A stretch of 63,658 nucleotides of DNA, filler included, from Octopus bimaculoides (lineage: Eukaryota): the NCBI RefSeq assembly GCF_001194135.2. It is 8 parts of 8 records of this genome, joined end to end, with 100 filler letters (N's around TTAATTAATTAA, not from the genome) between each part and the next. Parts side by side here need not be neighbours in the genome. Positions count along the whole stretch, not along the records: positions 59,803 to 63,658 come from NW_026421183.1; 7 more parts are not named here. One strand, written 5' to 3'. Under the pieces are notes generated by a model, which did no database searches, had not been told where the DNA came from, and was given only the letters and a program-made list of their open reading frames with translations. Position 1 is the stretch's first letter, and every line of letters starts with the position of its first letter. The position numbers and the translations under genes are program-made. This document shows, one piece after another, positions 59,803 through 63,658 of the stretch.

Positions 59803-60055
59803 CTGAAAGAAGCCCGTCGTATATATATATGTGTATGTATGTGTGTGTGTGTTCCCCCAGCATCGCTTCACAACCGATGGTGGTGTGTTTACGTCCCCGT
59901 AACTTAGCGGTTCGGCAAAAGAGACCGATAGAATAAGTACTAGGCTTCCAAAGAATAAGTCCTGGGGTCGATTTGCTCGACTAAAGGCGGTGCTCCAGCA
60001 TGGCCGCAGTCAAATGACTGAAACAAGTAAAAGAATAAAAGAATAAAAGAATAAT
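59803..60055 (+). mobile_element. SINE family A, little diverged, 5' part lost in gap
   Basis: CTGAAAGAAGCCCGTCGTATATAT...GAAACAAGTAAAAGAATAAAAGAATAAAAG. Confidence 0.95.
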
Positions 60056-60302
60056 ATCACAAAATATAATGGCACAAAATCCAGGAAGCCAGTCTTGCAG
60101 CCCTTAGCGTGAGTAGAAACTTTCATCCTTTTCAAACATTAAACAAAATAAATTGTATATTTCTTGAAATTATGTCTGCCTCTAGACGATGTAATTAATT
60201 AATTAATTAATCCTGATATGTCATACCTTGTTTTCCTTATGTGAGGGACATGTCTTTTTGAAATATACTTTCAGTTCACTATGCCAGCAAGGTATAAATG
60301 AA

Positions 60303-60533
60303 GACGGCGAGCTGGCAGAAACGTTAGCACGCCGGGCGAAATGCTTAGCAATATTTCGTCTGCCGCTACATTCTGAGTTCAAATTCCGCCGAGGTCGACT
60401 TTGCCTTTCATCCTTTCGGGGTCGATTAAATAAGTACCAGTTACGCACTGGAGTCGATGTAATCGACTTAATCCGTTTGTTTGTCCTTGTTTGTCCCCTC
60501 TATGTTTAGCCCCTTTGTGGGCAGTAAAGCAAG
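60303..60533 (+). mobile_element. SINE family B, full length, little diverged
   Basis: GACGGCGAGCTGGCAGAAACGTTAGCACGCCGGGCGAAATGCTTAGC...GAGTTCAAATTCCGCCGAGGTCGAC...GTGGGCAGTAAAG. Confidence 0.95.
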
Positions 60534-60552
60534 GTATAAATGATTTTTAATA

Positions 60553-60702
60553 GGCCCAGGCGTAGTTGTGTGGTAAGAAGCTTGATTCCCAACCACATGG
60601 TTCCGGATTCAGTCCCACATCGTGGCACCTTCTACTAAAGCCTCGGGTCGACCAAAGTATTGTTAGTGGATCTGGTAGACGCAAACTGAAAGAAGCCCAT
60701 CA

Positions 60703-60763
<61 letters not shown>

Positions 60764-60972
60764 TTTGTGTCTGTGTTTGTCTCCCATCATTGCTTTACAA
60801 CCCATGTTGGTGTGTTTACGTCACCGTAAATTAGCCGTTCGGCCAAAGGCACCGATAGAATAAGTACCAGACTTATAAAGAAAAAGTCCTGGGGTCGAAT
60901 TCTTCGAATAAAAAGCGGTGCTCCAGCATGACCGCAGTCAAACGACTGAAACAAATAAAGAATAAAAGAATA
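60553..60972 (+). mobile_element. SINE family A, full length
   Basis: Head GGCCCAGGCGTAGTTGTGTGGTAAGAAGCTTG, internal (TA)n(TG)n, tail GAAACAAATAAAGAATAAAAG. Confidence 0.92.
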
Positions 60973-61560
60973 TGGGAGTTGAGGGACTCAGTGTTGTAGG
61001 TAGATATTGGGCATCTAGATGCGTACCTGCATATAAACACATACGTATATTTGTAAGAGATCTTACGACCTAAAAGAGACGCAAGACAAGATTATTATTT
61101 TCCGATAATAGTAATTACAAATATTGCTAAAGAATAATTTTTGTAATTTTGGCAAAAGATCAGCAATTTTGAGGGGAGTGGTAAATTGATTAGACAGACT
61201 GCAGCACTCGTCTCGTACTTCATATTATCGACCCCTAAAGAATAGAAAAGAATATTTTATCACTTTCGGATTTGAAATAGAAAAGTAAACAATAGGAAGA
61301 AATACTGCTAAATACTGTGTCTGAGGCTCAGATGATTCAATCATTTAACGACGTTGTATGTACATTATTTCATATTTTAGCGCAAGGCCAGTAATTTTGA
61401 GAGGAGGGAGGCGAGTCGATGATATCGACCCGAGTGAATAACTAGCATTTTTATTTGATTGATTCTGAGAGTATGAAAAGCAGAGTTGACCTCGGTGGCA
61501 TGTGAACCCTGAACGTCAAGATTCGGAAGAAATGCTGCTATGCAAACGCTCATAAATATA

Positions 61561-61694
61561 CAGGGTGTCTACAAAGTCTGGGTACATGGGGGGATGGGAT
61601 TTACACATACTTTAAGAAATTATTATTTTTTATATCCAATTGTTTATGTTATGATTTTATTTACTCCAGGTACCCAGATTTTGTGGATACCCTG
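61561..61694 (+). mobile_element. Tc1/mariner-type MITE with TA TSD
   Basis: TA|CAGGGTGTCTACAAAGTCTGGGTAC...GTACCCAGATTTTGTGGATACCCTG|TA, about 25-bp TIR. Confidence 0.9.
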
Positions 61695-61998
61695 TAGAAT
61701 GAAAACTCAATGAACAAACAGGTATTTATGGGAGGAATGTATATATTCGTGTGCGTATTCGCATGTATGTATCTTCCTATGCATGTAACTAAGCAACGGA
61801 GAGGATATGCATTACCTCATACGCACATCGATATCTTGTATATGGTAATAAGTAGTTTGTGTGAAGAACCTAGCTCTGGAGATAAAATTGAGTGGAATTA
61901 ATTATCATATGAAACCTGATGAGAATTTGTGATAACATATTTGGTTTTAGCTCTTTATATTTGATATATGTATATTAACATGTTATAAGATATTTATG

Positions 61999-62056
<58 letters not shown>

Positions 62057-62794
62057 AAAAATGGCAAGGCTGATTTATGGAATATGTATTTATGTAAGCG
62101 TATGTAGGTGTTTGTGTCTGAATCAGCCACTTCATGCTTTGTTATATGTGCCTGCACGTGTGTGTATGCCCACTACAAAACATGCAACGCCTATATTTCA
62201 ATTGCACATACTCTTGCAAACACAAACGCAGACACACATACGACGAAGACATAAACACACACTCACTCACACGTCTTTGCACACAGATATATACTCAAAA
62301 TTTTCTGAAATGGGCCAATAACATTAATTTAAGTAGTTAATGTTGATGCTGATGTACTGATTACCGTAAGTGATAAAATAAAAATTAAAAAAAAAAAACT
62401 TTTAATGAATTAAAATTGTCCAGCTTGGGAAGAAGAAGAATATGCCCAACGGTGAATGTTAGAAATTCTCAAGAAAATGGCTGGAAAGTAATTACTAAAA
62501 ATTAAGAAACATTGTTCCACTGAGCATGGAATTTCACAGACAAATTGTAATTTAAAGTTTTTCGGGAAAGTTAATAGGAATGAGTTTTTTTTTCTTAGCT
62601 TGCATGCTATTTTATATACGCAATATTTGCTAATATTGGTTGCAAAACGTGGTACATTGCCAACAAGTTCAGAACAGGAATATGTAGATCACATTGATGT
62701 TAGTGTTCAACTGGTATTTATTTAATCGACCCCGAAAATGTTAAGAACGTAAAGAGGCACGAATTGCCTCTGAGTATTTTGCCCGGCGTGCCCA

Positions 62795-63240
62795 AGCGAG
62801 GCACGAATTTTGCTACAATTCTTTTCATTCGGAGTTCCTCGCTCGAACTTCTTTATCAGGAGCTCCAGGGCACACCCGTCATATCAAGAAGTTCGTCAAT
62901 TGTTCGATGATAGTCCTCCAAGATCAGTTGACGAATTTCCACGATGCTTTCATTCGTTCGATAATTCGGAGATCGTCTTGAACAAGGCTGATCTTCCAGC
63001 GACAAGTGACCATTCGTAAATCGTGGAAACCACTCAGAAACTTGTGTCTTGCTTATAGCAGTGTTTCAAGCATAAGAACTTTTTCGGATGTCGTTGTCTC
63101 TACCAGAAAACAGACTGTCAGGGAAGCATCTGTTCCTTCGTTTCAGCCATCACAAACATCGGCCAAAAGTTGAGAAGCACTGCAAAACAAAGACGCACTA
63201 CGTGAAAGTAGGACTAAATCTGGCGACGCCGGTGGGCAGG
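62795..63240 (-). mobile_element. mariner transposase N-terminal relic
   Basis: From ATG at 63150 (frameshifted): EWFPRFTNGHLSLEDQPCSRR...NESIVEIRQLILED..RTIDEL..MTGVPWSS...EELRMKRIVAKFVPRL (HTH plus the WVPHEL-equivalent motif). Confidence 0.85.
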
Positions 63241-63382
63241 CTTATGCCTGAGGATCGCAAGAAGTGAGATCTAGTGGCAGAAGCCTAGACTACAACATGT
63301 TTGAAACAGAAAATTTCCGGTTACGTTAGGGTACCTCTGGTAGGTGCGTATATACAAACATATACACAAAAACTGACACATT

Positions 63383-63439
<57 letters not shown>

Positions 63440-63464
63440 GTATATATATGCATGTATGTATGTA

Positions 63465-63507
<43 letters not shown>

Positions 63508-63658
63508 AGTTCTCATATTCGGTTAAAATGTCTTACGTTTAAGCTGGTTCCCATGCATTTCCCTGAAGAGAAGATTACATTCTTATAAACATCACCTATT
63601 CCTATAGTAGGTGTAATTTGTAATCTTCGAAACATATGTTGGAAATAAAAGTATGCAG

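Noticed and set aside
60193-60212. TAATTAATTAATTAATTAA as another assembly linker
   Set aside because: Not flanked by N; it is a natural (TAAT)n repeat.
572-63588. Most ORF-track entries (HTHT, YIYI, VCVC, CMYV, LSIY, poly-L/V/T, X-runs)
   Set aside because: They are translations of (CA)n, (TA)n, (TATG)n, (TATC)n and (CTA)n microsatellites or of N gaps, open in several frames and on both strands.

Overview
AT-rich animal genomic scaffold, mostly microsatellites and transposable-element relics. The SINE families and the 100-bp gap spacers (44 N + TTAATTAATTAA + 44 N) point to an Octopus draft assembly (inference). No complete protein-coding gene is visible, and almost every entry in the ORF track is a microsatellite or N-run artefact. 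Recognisable relics: two same-orientation Penelope-like elements (PLEs) of the Naiad type (9.1-11.7 kb and 12.3-13.5 kb), a Neptune-like PLE endonuclease tail (49.2 kb), an RTE LINE whose ORF runs into C2H2 zinc fingers, a CR1 tail, Tc1 (DD34E), two maT (DD37D) deletion derivatives, a mariner fragment, a Merlin element with both TIRs, a Helitron with an intact 3' end, several MITEs and more than 30 SINE copies. The most interesting signal not explained by the ORF track is a set of hammerhead ribozyme (HHR) motifs from several unrelated repeat families. These include a complete type I HHR with a palindromic stem III (5707-5812), a near-complete one with a GAAG core (40533-40601), a head-to-head HHR pair (24218-24378), a minimal HHR with a CUGUUGA core (14873-14909) and a decayed HHR in the Naiad terminal repeat. 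The first Naiad copy also has a ~220-codon microsatellite-built linker that stays in frame, and an inverted 5' duplication starting next to its HHR cleavage site. A candidate terminal exon with a cystine-knot-like C-x-C end lies at 111-232. All family assignments rest on motif recognition by eye; no database searches were run.
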